Shown here piece after piece: positions 46,315-55,786 of a DNA stretch of 64,000 nucleotides. Source of the stretch: an uncultured Solirubrobacteraceae bacterium (GTDB lineage: Bacteria; Actinomycetota; Thermoleophilia; Solirubrobacterales; Solirubrobacteraceae). Location of the stretch: the NCBI GenBank assembly GCA_964588985.1, contig CAZPQW010000010.1, positions 32,001 through 96,000 of the forward strand. The letters run 5' to 3'. The notes under the pieces are model-generated. The model worked only from the letters and a program-made list of their open reading frames with translations, was not told where the DNA came from and searched no databases. Numbering within the stretch: position 1 is the first letter of the stretch; each line of letters opens with the position of its first letter. Made by a program: the position numbers and the translations under genes.

Positions 46315-48713
46315 GAGGTGGGCTCCGTCGTGGCGGTCTCAGTCGAAGCTTGGCTGCGCTCGTGTTGCGCGTTTGACACGGGCTCGGATGCGGTGAGGCC
46401 GGACGGTGGGTCGACCGCCGCGGGTAGGTCGGCTGGGAGCTCGGGCTCGGCGCGCAGCAGCTGCTCGAGCTCGGCGGCGGGCAGGGGCTTCGACAGCGCG
46501 TAGCCCTGGACGAGCTCGCAGCGGTTGACGACGAGCGAGCTCCACGTCTGCTGGTCCTCGATTCCCTCGGCGACGACGCGGATGCCGATGCTGTGCGCCA
46601 GGCGGATGGTCGCCTCGACGATCGCGCAGTCCACCGGGTCAGATGTCATCCGCCCGACGAACGAGCGGTCGATCTTGACCTCTCCGACGGGCAGCGCCTT
46701 GAGGTGCGTGAGCGAGGAGTAGCCGGTGCCGAAGTCGTCGAGCGACAGGCCGAGGCCCAGCTCGCCGAGCTGGGCGAGCACGTCGCCGACGCGGACGGGG
46801 TCGGCGAGCACCATGTTCTCGGTGACCTCGAGCACGAGCACGTCGGGAGACAGCTCGCGTGCGGCGAGCATCGATGCGACCTCCGCGGGGAACTGCGTGT
46901 CCTGCAGGTCGGCGACGGTGGTGTTGACCGCTACGTGGAGCATCAGCCCGGAGTCGCGCCACAGCTTGATCTGGTCGAGCGCGAGCTCGAGCATCTTGCG
47001 GGTCAGCGCGCGGCCGAGTCCCGCCTGCTCCGCGAGCGTGACGAACTCCGCGGGCGAGACCATGCCGCGGGTGGGGTGGCGCCAGCGCACGAGTGCCTCT
47101 ACGCCCACTATCCGTCGCGTGGTGGCGTCCGCCTTGGGCTGGAAGTGCGCCTCGATCTCACCGGCCTCCAACGCGTGGGAGAGCTCGCCCGCGAGGGTGA
47201 GGCGCTCGAGCGAGTGGTTGTCGCGCTCGCGGGCGTAGCAGGCGCGTCCGGACTGTGCGGTCTTGGCCTCGTACATCGCGATGTCCGCATGCTGCATGAG
47301 CTGTTCGTCGTCGCTCGCGTCGTCTGGGTAGATCGCGATGCCGATGCTTGCGGTCACGCGCAGGCTGAGGCCCTTGATCGGGAACGGCTCGCCGATCGCC
47401 GCGAGGATCTTGTCCGCCACGTGCTCGGCGCTTTGCGTGTCGCATGCGTCGCCCAGCAGGACGCCGAACTCATCCCCTCCGAGGCGCGCGGCGGTGTCGC
47501 CGGAGCGGAGCACCGCGCGCAGTCGCTCGCCGGCCTGGCGCAGCAGGTGGTCGCCGGCGTCGTGGCCGAGGGTGTCGTTGAGCTCCTTGAAGTGGTCGAG
47601 GTCGACGATCAGGAGGGCCATGCTGGTGTTCGACGCTGCGCTTGCGACTATCCCGTCGCGGAGGCGTCGCAGGAAGTCGCGACGGTTCGGCATCGAGGTG
47701 AGGTCGTCCGTGAGCGCCTGGCGTCGGGTTTCGGCGAGCGCGCGAACGTCGCGGAAGGCGAGGCCGGTACGTCCGAAGGCCGCGAACATGGTCGCGATCG
47801 CGAGCCCCATCGCGAGGGGGTCGAGGCGGCTGAAGTGGTCGTAGATCAGCAGGCCGAGGGCGCTGGCGGCGAACGCTGCGGGGATCCCGAGCACGGCGCC
47901 GGTCGGCATCGTGTCCACCTCCAGCGTCACACGTGGCTGCCACGCCGCGATCGCGAGCAGCATCACGCCGATCTCATACGCGAAGTTCGTGGCGGCGCTC
48001 GGTGCCGACGCGCCGCCCGCCACCTGCAGCGCGTAGAGGCAGTCTGCGGCCGCGAGGGCGATGAAGCCGACGCCGAGCATCGACCACATGCGGTCCATCC
48101 GCCAGCCGCGCAGGGCGAGCACGCCGACGATCAGGGCCGCGAGCAGCAGGTCGCAGATCGGGTAGGCCATCTCGGTGATGACCGCGGCGGTGTTGCCCGA
48201 CACCGACGCCATCACGGGGCGCAGCACGATCGCCGCGCCGATCGCAGCGACTCCCAGCCCGGCGATGATCCCGTCCAGCCAGATCCTCGCCGGCACGCGA
48301 CGCTCTCGCACGCGTGCGAGGCCAAGGATGCCTATGTAGCACGCCGGGTAGAGCGTGAGCCACATCCCGTCGCAGATCGATGGGATCGGCGGGTTGGGCA
48401 GGTGTTCCATCCAGGCCGCCCACAGGACGTTGCCGAGGCCGTAGATGGAGATTCCGAACGCGAAGATCGTCCACGAGCGGCGTGCCTCGGTGCTGCGAAC
48501 CGCCCGCCAGCTCACGATCAACCCCACGAGGATGTAGACAGCCGAGGTGATCCAGTCTCGGATCGGCTGTTCGACGGCACGCCCTCCGATCCCGAACGCG
48601 GCGTGTATGCCGGTGGCCGCGACGAGGCTGATCACGAGACCGGTCGCCACCCCCAACAGGCGGCGCTCGCCTGGCCGGAGGGTCGACGAGAGCGGTAGCA
48701 GGGTTGTACGCAT
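46311..48713 (-). CDS. Multi-TM diguanylate cyclase/phosphodiesterase (GGDEF-EAL)
   Basis: About 9-10 N-terminal TMs; TDDLT; RLGGDEF; VEALVRW; LEVTE; DDFGTGYSSL; VAEGIE; QGY. Confidence 0.95.
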   Translation of the reverse strand: MRTTLLPLSSTLRPGERRLLGVATGLVISLVAATGIHAAFGIGGRAVEQPIRDWITSAVYILVGLIVSWRAVRSTEARRSWTIFAFGISIYGLGNVLWAAWMEHLPNPPIPSICDGMWLTLYPACYIGILGLARVRERRVPARIWLDGIIAGLGVAAIGAAIVLRPVMASVSGNTAAVITEMAYPICDLLLAALIVGVLALRGWRMDRMWSMLGVGFIALAAADCLYALQVAGGASAPSAATNFAYEIGVMLLAIAAWQPRVTLEVDTMPTGAVLGIPAAFAASALGLLIYDHFSRLDPLAMGLAIATMFAAFGRTGLAFRDVRALAETRRQALTDDLTSMPNRRDFLRRLRDGIVASAASNTSMALLIVDLDHFKELNDTLGHDAGDHLLRQAGERLRAVLRSGDTAARLGGDEFGVLLGDACDTQSAEHVADKILAAIGEPFPIKGLSLRVTASIGIAIYPDDASDDEQLMQHADIAMYEAKTAQSGRACYARERDNHSLERLTLAGELSHALEAGEIEAHFQPKADATTRRIVGVEALVRWRHPTRGMVSPAEFVTLAEQAGLGRALTRKMLELALDQIKLWRDSGLMLHVAVNTTVADLQDTQFPAEVASMLAARELSPDVLVLEVTENMVLADPVRVGDVLAQLGELGLGLSLDDFGTGYSSLTHLKALPVGEVKIDRSFVGRMTSDPVDCAIVEATIRLAHSIGIRVVAEGIEDQQTWSSLVVNRCELVQGYALSKPLPAAELEQLLRAEPELPADLPAAVDPPSGLTASEPVSNAQHERSQASTETATTEPTS

Positions 48714-48720
48714 GGCGGGT

Positions 48721-48748
48721 GTATCGGTCGCAAAGACCGATTGAATTA
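48721..48748 (-). promoter_or_regulatory. sigma28-like promoter with overlapping palindrome, possibly leaderless
   Basis: Minus strand TAAT-N16-ACCGATAC, 7 nt before ATG 48713; ATCGGTC-GCAAA-GACCGAT inverted repeat. Confidence 0.45.
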
Positions 48749-49104
48749 ACACTTTCTTGACTTTCGACTGAGATCCGCTGTAGCTCATGCTTCGGCGATC
48801 CGATGACCCGAGAGCCAAGTGTCCCGCTCATGCAAATGAGTCAGGTAAGGCACAGATCGAGCTACCAATGACACGGAGCGGGTCAGTGCCGTCCGTTTTG
48901 TCAATCGAACGGGCGCATGAGGGTTCGAACCAACGGAAAAAGTCGGAGACGCGCCTCGACTTAAGGGTCTAGACCCACGAATCTTCCAGGTACGCGCACG
49001 CGGGTCTGATGCCTGCTCAAGCGCCGAGTCCCGCAGGGCGCCCTGGCCCGAACGGACGACAGAGTCCCTCAATACTGGCGATATAGACGATTAGGCGGGA
49101 ACGG

Positions 49105-50088
49105 ATGGCTTTTATATACAAGACACGTACGGTGACTCCACGCTTGCGTCCCGGTCCCAACGGATTGCCGCGTGGTCAAGTGACGGAGATTCAGCGCAGC
49201 CGAATGTTGTCCGCTGCGGTCGAGGCGGTGGACGAGGTCGGGTACTCGCGTATGACGGTCGCGCAGGTGATCAGCCGGGCGAGGGTTTCGCGAAAGACGT
49301 TTTACGACGTGTTCGCCGACCGCGAGGACTGCTTCCTGGCGGCGTTCGAACAGGCCCTCACGCAGGCGGAGAACCTCGCGAGGGAGGCCTACGAGCGCGA
49401 GACCGGCTGGCGCGACGGCGTTCGCTCGGCGCTGGCGAGGCTGCTGATGTTCATGGACGCCGAGCCGGGTCTCGCGAAGCTCTGCGTGGTCGAGGCGCTT
49501 GCCGCGGGCGACCGCGTGCTCGAGCGGCGCGCGCAGGCGCTCGACGAGCTGGCGGCGGTGATCGACCAGGGCCGCTTCCTCACGAACGCCACCCGCGAAC
49601 CGCCGGAGGTCACGGCCGAAGGCATCGTGGGCGGCGTCTTCGCGGTGATCCACACGCGTCTGCTCGAGGGCGGCAAGGAGCCGCTGACGGATCTGCTCGG
49701 CTCGCTGATGAGCATGATCGTGCTTCCGTACCTCGGGGCTCGGGCGGCGAGCCGTGAGCTGGCCAGGCCGGCGCTCGAGGTCCCGCGCGACAAACGTCCG
49801 CGTGGTCTCACACGGACCAAAGACCCGCTCGAAGGCCTCAACATGCGCCTCACCTACAGGACGGTGCGCGTGCTGATGGTGATCGCGGAGCACCCGGGGG
49901 CGAGCAACCGCGAGATCGCCGAAGGCTCGGGCATCGTCGATCAGGGCCAGATCTCAAAGCTCCTGAACCGCCTCGCGCGCCTGAACCTGGTCGAGAACCT
50001 CGGCGAGGGCCAGGAGAAGGGCGCGGCGAACGCGTGGCACCTGACGGCGCGTGGCGCTCAGGTGGAGCGGGCGACTCGTCCGCGCTGA
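49105..50088 (+). CDS. TetR/AcrR regulator with additional C-terminal MarR-like wHTH
   Basis: TVAQVISRARVSRKTFY; C-terminal HPGASNREIA..ISKLLNRLARLNLV..WHLT. Confidence 0.9.
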   Translation: MAFIYKTRTVTPRLRPGPNGLPRGQVTEIQRSRMLSAAVEAVDEVGYSRMTVAQVISRARVSRKTFYDVFADREDCFLAAFEQALTQAENLAREAYERETGWRDGVRSALARLLMFMDAEPGLAKLCVVEALAAGDRVLERRAQALDELAAVIDQGRFLTNATREPPEVTAEGIVGGVFAVIHTRLLEGGKEPLTDLLGSLMSMIVLPYLGARAASRELARPALEVPRDKRPRGLTRTKDPLEGLNMRLTYRTVRVLMVIAEHPGASNREIAEGSGIVDQGQISKLLNRLARLNLVENLGEGQEKGAANAWHLTARGAQVERATRPR

Positions 50089-50101
50089 GCGCTTGACGGA
50101 C

Positions 50102-50143
50102 TAGACACCACGCCCGCGGCTGGGGTCGCGGGCGTGGTGTCTA
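50102..50143. terminator. 19-bp stem hairpin after the TetR gene
   Basis: TAGACACCACGCCCGCGGC-TGGG-GTCGCGGGCGTGGTGTCTA; no U-tract. Confidence 0.6.
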
Positions 50144-50200
50144 CGTCTGCTTGGAGCGAGCACGTCCCGGCCGGCCCCTCCGGTCGGAGAGGAGCGCAAG

Positions 50201-52867
50201 TTGCTGCGCTTCCTTCTGTGGCGGATGCTGGGCCTGCTGTCCGTCCTCCTCGGCCTCTCGTTGATCGCATGGCTCCTCGGCGGCGGACCGGGGAGGGCGC
50301 TGCGCGGGGACACGGCCGGCAGCCCCATCCATCTGAGCATCGGCGCGCTCGCCCGAGCCATCGCGCGTGTCCTGTCTTCGAGCCTGCGGTGGGCGCCGAT
50401 TGGTGACGTGTGGCTGCACGGAGCGCTGCCGGTGCTCGTCGGAGCTGCTTGTGCCGTTATCGCCGGGGCGCGGTGGATGGCACGGCACAGGCGTCGCTAC
50501 GTGCGTGTGCGAATCGAGGTCTATCGAACCGACCATGCAGAGCCAGACGCGGTGGCGCGAGTGTTCGAGGCGTTGCACAAGCGATTGCTGCGGCGCTGGT
50601 GGCGGCGGCTACTGCAGGGCCAGCCGTCGGTCGCACTCGAGATCCATCACGACCAAGCCTCAACCGAGCACGCCGCATCCGAGACGCCGTACCGCGCCTG
50701 GCTCGCGGTCAGCTGCCCGCAGGGCCTGGAGCGGATGGTGCATGCCGCATTGCAGGGCGCATATCCAAACTGCCGTCTGAGCACGGCACAGCAGCAGGTC
50801 GGCAACCCGCCAGCGGTTCTTCGCCTCAAGAAGCACGCGGAATTCACCAAGCGGGTCAAGGGGCTCAATCTCTTCGAGCGAGAAGGCCCATCGTCGACCG
50901 ACCGGCTGCTGACCGTCATGGGCGCATGCGGCGAGCCGGCATTCGTGCAGTTCGCGCTCACGCCCACCCCGGCCTTCTTCGAGGCGATCGCCAAGCGCCT
51001 TTACAAGCATCACGAGGCGAATCTCTCGCGCGAGCGTAGAGAGCACCTGATCGTGCGCGACCGCTCAATGGTCGAGGACGCCGAGCTGCGTGGAGGCCTC
51101 GACGTCCAGCACAAGCCCCTGTTCTTCCTCGACCTGCGCGTGGTGGGTCCCAATCGCACGGTCTGCGAGCGGATCGCGTCCGAGCTGCGGGTTCAGGGCG
51201 CCGAGAACCGCCTCGTCGAGCGTGGCACGTCGCTCCGTCACGGTGTGCTCGGCCTCTACGGCCGGCGCATACGGCGCGGCGAGGGCAATCCGATCCCCTC
51301 CTTCAACAAGGGCGTCTTCGCCACGTCGGAGCTGGCCGCCATGTGGCAGCTTCCATCGAGCGACTTCATGACTGTGCCGGTTGCACGGTCAGGGGTACCG
51401 CTCGCGCCTGCGCCTCCAGGGATATTGCGCCCGGGGGAGGGCCGAGGGACTCTGCGCGACGCCATCGGTCCCGTCTCGATCCACCCGGAGATGCGCAAGC
51501 AGAACGTGGCCGTCCCAGGCACTGTCGAGCAGGGTAAGTCCAGCTTCCTCGTTGCAACCGTCGCCGAGGATCTGCTGCGCGAGCGCTGCGCTGTGATCGT
51601 GCTCGACCCCAAGGGCGACGCGGCCGAGGCGACGGTCAGCCTCGTGCCCGAGGGGAGGACCTGCACTCTGCTGGACTTTGCGCACCCGACCTGCGGCTTC
51701 AACCCGCTTGCGGTCGATGCTCCCGCAGACGTGATCGCGGATTACGTCGTCGCCGCGCTCAAGAACCTCTTCACCAATGCGGATATGAGGGCCTCGTCTG
51801 ATCGGCATTTGCGTAACGCGATAATTGCGGTTCTCGCCTACGACCGATGCTCCAGTCTGTGGGACGCGGCGCGTCTGCTCTCGGTCGGCGAGGAGGGGTA
51901 TGCGTATCGAAGACGCGTGGGAGCGCGGGTGCGCATGCTTCCGGCGTTCAAGGAGATCTCCGAGTTCTTTACAGCGGAGCTCACCACACAGCTGGCCGAC
52001 TCGCGCAGCACCACCACCGCGAAGCTCGACGCGCCGGTCAACAAGCTGGCGCGGTTGCTCAGCTCGCCATCGATCAAGCGGGTTCTCCTGAACGACTCGC
52101 TACGGGTCGATTTCGACCGGGTGATCGCCGAGCAAGAGGTGCTCGTCGTCAAGGGTGCGATGGGCGCGATGGGCGCCGGAAACACGTCGGTGCTGATGCA
52201 ACTGCTGGTCGGAATGCTCGACGCTGCGCTCGCCCGTCAGCAGGACCTCCTACCGGAGCACGAGCGTGTGGCGGTGGCCCTGAAGATCGACGAGGCGCCC
52301 TTGGTGATCAACCGGGGATTCGCTGAAACGATGGCGTTGAAGCGCTCCGCGGGCTTGGAGACGGTCGCCTGCTGGCAGACGGACGCCCAGTGGGTCGAAC
52401 GCGAGGTGCGCGACCAGCTGGACGCGCTGTTCGCGCACCGCGTGTATTTCGCCACGGCGTCCGTTCGTGACGCTCGCTCGGCCGCTGATCTGCACATGAC
52501 CGAGTACTCCGACATGGTGCGGCCGGGTATCGCACGCCTGTCGAGCCTCGGACACCCCGATGTCCGTCTTCATCTCCCCAAGCACCACGCGATCGTCAGC
52601 TGGAGCACCGCACAGGGTCGGCAGCCGTCGTTCGTCGCGCAGACCATTCCCCTGCGGAGCGACCGCGAGCGGCTGGCCTGGCACGCGTCCCGTCAGCACG
52701 AACGCGGAGCACGTCATCTCGTCGACTTGCGCCAGCCGCATTGGGATCGCACGCCCGACGTAGCGCCGCCACCCGTGGCCCGTCCCGAGCCACGTGGGCT
52801 CCTCGCGCCGAACGCACGCGAGGCCTTCCGTGCGAGCGAGTCCGATTTGGCGCGCGAGCGCTCATGA
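50201..52867 (+). CDS. VirD4/TraD/HerA-like ATPase with N-terminal TMs
   Basis: GTVEQGKS (Walker A); VLDPKGD; GFNPL; KIDEA (Walker B); KRSAGL...WQ. Confidence 0.8.
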   Translation: MLRFLLWRMLGLLSVLLGLSLIAWLLGGGPGRALRGDTAGSPIHLSIGALARAIARVLSSSLRWAPIGDVWLHGALPVLVGAACAVIAGARWMARHRRRYVRVRIEVYRTDHAEPDAVARVFEALHKRLLRRWWRRLLQGQPSVALEIHHDQASTEHAASETPYRAWLAVSCPQGLERMVHAALQGAYPNCRLSTAQQQVGNPPAVLRLKKHAEFTKRVKGLNLFEREGPSSTDRLLTVMGACGEPAFVQFALTPTPAFFEAIAKRLYKHHEANLSRERREHLIVRDRSMVEDAELRGGLDVQHKPLFFLDLRVVGPNRTVCERIASELRVQGAENRLVERGTSLRHGVLGLYGRRIRRGEGNPIPSFNKGVFATSELAAMWQLPSSDFMTVPVARSGVPLAPAPPGILRPGEGRGTLRDAIGPVSIHPEMRKQNVAVPGTVEQGKSSFLVATVAEDLLRERCAVIVLDPKGDAAEATVSLVPEGRTCTLLDFAHPTCGFNPLAVDAPADVIADYVVAALKNLFTNADMRASSDRHLRNAIIAVLAYDRCSSLWDAARLLSVGEEGYAYRRRVGARVRMLPAFKEISEFFTAELTTQLADSRSTTTAKLDAPVNKLARLLSSPSIKRVLLNDSLRVDFDRVIAEQEVLVVKGAMGAMGAGNTSVLMQLLVGMLDAALARQQDLLPEHERVAVALKIDEAPLVINRGFAETMALKRSAGLETVACWQTDAQWVEREVRDQLDALFAHRVYFATASVRDARSAADLHMTEYSDMVRPGIARLSSLGHPDVRLHLPKHHAIVSWSTAQGRQPSFVAQTIPLRSDRERLAWHASRQHERGARHLVDLRQPHWDRTPDVAPPPVARPEPRGLLAPNAREAFRASESDLARERS

Positions 52868-53140
52868 AGCTTCGCTCCCGTCTACGCCGTCGCGCCGCTT
52901 GCGAATGCGGCCGCCCTGCCCGCACTTGCCCACAGGCTGCAGTTACCCGTGCCTGAAGCGCGCAGGCAGCTGCATGAGGTGACCCTGCGTTCGCGCATTG
53001 CGGAGCCAAAAGACGAGATGGCACAGGAGCCACCGATACGTGCTCGGGCCGCGACTCGCAGAGCACACGGTCCTCACCCCGCTCTCCGTGAGCGTTTTCG
53101 CGCCAGGTTTTTCGCCGCCCAACGCCTCCGAGTGACGTTC

Positions 53141-53166
53141 CCGAGACCCCCTTAAGGGGTTCTCGG
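53141..53166. promoter_or_regulatory. 26-bp near-perfect palindrome
   Basis: CCGAGAC-CCCCTTAAGGGG-TTCTCGG. Confidence 0.5.
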
Positions 53167-53302
53167 ACATCTGCGCAACGCCGATCCGGGCATCCACACC
53201 TGCCTTGACGGCGACTCTGCCGAGGCCTAAACACCGCCGCCCCACAACTCTCCAACCGCCGCGTCGACGGTGGTAGCGATCTCCCCCCGCAAGGAGCAAA
53301 CC

Positions 53303-54274
53303 ATGAACCCCGCACTCTCCTCCCCATCCAACGACCTCGTCGCACGTCATCCAGCGCTCAGCAGACCTCATCCCTCGCAGCGACCTGGCCGGGCCCTCAC
53401 ACGACGCGAGCGTCCGTCTGTAAGTGCTAGCGCTCAGCTCGCTCGCTACACCGACCGTCATGGCAACCCACGCGAGGTGATCGTGCGTCAAGCGCTCGCG
53501 GGGAGCGTGTTGGTCGTCGACCGCGACGCTGTCAGTCTCAGCGATTGCCTGCTCGTGGCGCACCTCTCCGCTGATGAGCCTGCCGAGAACGCCGAGCTGG
53601 TGTGCCGCAGCTATCTCGAGGATGTGCGTGCGAGGAGCTGTCGCTGCCGCGGTCTGACCGAGCAGGACGCGCTCGTCTCGCCACTCGCCGAGGAAAGCGA
53701 GGCCGATGTGACTGTCGAGTCCGTCATCGGCCAGATCGGGCCGGTCGACTCGCTCGGCTGCTCCTACAGCCTCGAGCTCATGCCGGCGAGCATGGCGATA
53801 CCCGCACTGCGCTGGTGCCGACGAGGGCCGCGGCAAAGCTCCGACGAACGACGACCGGTGAGCCTGCGTGAGACGATCGCTCGCATGCAGGACTACGAGC
53901 CGATGTGCACGCTCACTCGAAACGCGCTCCTTCTCTGCAGCGACGACATGGAGGTATCCACGAGCGTGCTGGCCGCGGAGCTGACACGGGTGAGGGAGAG
54001 CCCGATCGTGCTCAACCGACGGCTACGCGAGGTCGTGCTCGCGGCACTCACGAGGGAAGCGGTGAGCATGAGCGAGCTGGCAATTCGCTGCGGTAGGACC
54101 AAATACGGCTGCAAGGGCACAGAGAGCGGCGATACGAGCTGGCTGGCACGCCGCCTCGGGATCATGCCGGAGAGCGGCCAGAGCGAGCCGACCCCCTGGA
54201 TTCACAGCGATGTGCTTGCGCTGATCGCGCGACGCGGCTTGGGGATCAGCCCACGCGAGGTGGAGATCCAATGA
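53303..54274 (+). CDS. Hypothetical protein with possible C-terminal HTH
   Basis: AAGGAG RBS; SMSELAIRCG..DTSWLARRLG; ATGA overlap with next gene. Confidence 0.7.
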   Translation: MNPALSSPSNDLVARHPALSRPHPSQRPGRALTRRERPSVSASAQLARYTDRHGNPREVIVRQALAGSVLVVDRDAVSLSDCLLVAHLSADEPAENAELVCRSYLEDVRARSCRCRGLTEQDALVSPLAEESEADVTVESVIGQIGPVDSLGCSYSLELMPASMAIPALRWCRRGPRQSSDERRPVSLRETIARMQDYEPMCTLTRNALLLCSDDMEVSTSVLAAELTRVRESPIVLNRRLREVVLAALTREAVSMSELAIRCGRTKYGCKGTESGDTSWLARRLGIMPESGQSEPTPWIHSDVLALIARRGLGISPREVEIQ

Positions 54275-54981
54275 GTGGGCGGCCAGAGGGCACGATCCTG
54301 CTCGTCGAGTCCGATCCGCAATTGGGGCAGGGCATCGCCGAGCAACTTCTCGCCGACGGCTATCGCGTGGCGTTGGCACGCAGCGCGGCGCACGCGCGTG
54401 CTCTTGCCACCCAGGCCTCCCCGACCCTCGCCGTGCTCGGATTGCTGGACTCGCCACGCGGGGCGCTGGGACTGCTCGAGGAGATCCGTCGTGCTGAGTC
54501 CGAGGAGACGCCTTGGGACCGCGAGTTGCCCGCGATCGTCATAGGGACGCATGCCCGAGAGCTGGACATGCTCAGAGCGTTCGAGGCGGGAGCCGACGAC
54601 TTCCTCCCCAGATCCGCCCGCTATCTCGAGCTCCGGGCACGCTTGCGCGCGATCCTCCGCCGTGCGGGCGAGGAGCCTCTGTCCGACACCCTGATGGTGG
54701 TGAACGCTCTGGTGCTCGACGTTCGCACGCGGACCGTTTGCATACAGGGTCGCGCCGTGGCTCTACGTCCGCTCGAGTTCGAGTTGCTGACGCATCTGGC
54801 GCGAGATCCAGAGCGCGTGTTCTCCAAGGACGAGCTTCTGCGCTCGATCTGGGGCTACCGCTCGGACGGATCGACGCGCACCGTCGACACGCACGCGAGC
54901 CGCTTGCGGCGCAAGCTCGACCTCGACGGAGCCAAACGCTGGGTGATCAACGTCTGGGGCGTGGGATACCGCTTGATCTGA
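54271..54981 (+). CDS. Atypical OmpR-family response regulator (pseudo-receiver)
   Basis: GADDF and RTVDTH..RLRRKL..NVWGVGY intact; receiver reads LVESD, LAVLGL, LPRS. Confidence 0.85.
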   Translation: MSGRPEGTILLVESDPQLGQGIAEQLLADGYRVALARSAAHARALATQASPTLAVLGLLDSPRGALGLLEEIRRAESEETPWDRELPAIVIGTHARELDMLRAFEAGADDFLPRSARYLELRARLRAILRRAGEEPLSDTLMVVNALVLDVRTRTVCIQGRAVALRPLEFELLTHLARDPERVFSKDELLRSIWGYRSDGSTRTVDTHASRLRRKLDLDGAKRWVINVWGVGYRLI

Positions 54982-55138
54982 GTTCCGCGCGGCTCAGAAG
55001 CACACGCGAGCGGACCCAATCTTGACGGGCTGCTCTGTACAGGCGTAGAACCGCGAGCGTGCGGTGCGCTCGCGCGTACCGTCTCAAGCGACGCGTAGTT
55101 TCGTTACGGGGGGTCAACCATCGAACCATGGAGACCAC

Positions 55139-55558
55139 ATGTCCCATTTCACAATCAATCGGGTAGTGCTGATCGGACGACTGACTCGTGACCCGGAGCT
55201 GCGCGCACTGCCCTCCGGGACGAGCGTGTGCAGTCTGCGGATCGCGTGCAACTCGTCACACAAGGATGCAGATGGCGAGTACACCGACCGCCCCAACTAT
55301 TTCGATGTCTCGATCTACGGGGCGTCGGCGGACAGCGTCAGTCGATACACCCGCAAGGGCAGCCGCGTGGGCGTCGACGGTCGGCTGGAGTGGCGCGAGT
55401 GGGAAACCGATCAGCAGAAGCGCCAGGCCGTGGACATCGTCGCCGACACGGTGCAGTTCCTCGATCCCCCCGGGGATCGTCCCGACCTCGACGCGTCGGA
55501 GGATCGCGAGCCGGTCGGAGTGGGAGTCGGGCTCGACGAGGGTGACATCGGCTTCTAG
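55139..55558 (+). CDS. ssb: Single-stranded DNA-binding protein
   Basis: INRVVLIGRLTRDPELR; KGSRVGVDGRL; short acidic tail DEGDIGF. Confidence 0.93.
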   Translation: MSHFTINRVVLIGRLTRDPELRALPSGTSVCSLRIACNSSHKDADGEYTDRPNYFDVSIYGASADSVSRYTRKGSRVGVDGRLEWREWETDQQKRQAVDIVADTVQFLDPPGDRPDLDASEDREPVGVGVGLDEGDIGF

Positions 55559-55611
55559 CCGAGCCGGCCGGCGATACTCGCCAGTCCACCGGCTTTGAGT
55601 TCTGCGAGCAA

Positions 55612-55639
55612 GCGGGGGCGCTCTTTGGAGCGTCCCCGC
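55612..55639. terminator. GC-rich hairpin after ssb
   Basis: GCGGGGGCGCTC-TTTG-GAGCGTCCCCGC. Confidence 0.55.
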
Positions 55640-55786
55640 CGCTGGCCTCCATGGGGCCTCTTTGTATTTAAGGACCATCCGTCGTTCGGATCAAGGGGCC
55701 TGGACGCATTTCCCGCCGCGCTGCGCGTAAACTGGCGCGCCGCGTAGCAGCCCGAGAATCAGACCGCCCTGCAAGGAGCCCGTTCG

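Noticed and set aside
48723-48741. c-di-GMP-I riboswitch suggested by a GCAAA loop
   Set aside because: Wrong strand for the operon and lacks the two-stem architecture; treated as a palindrome.
52864-53155. Short ORFs after the VirD4-like gene
   Set aside because: No recognisable motif or RBS; not supported as genes.
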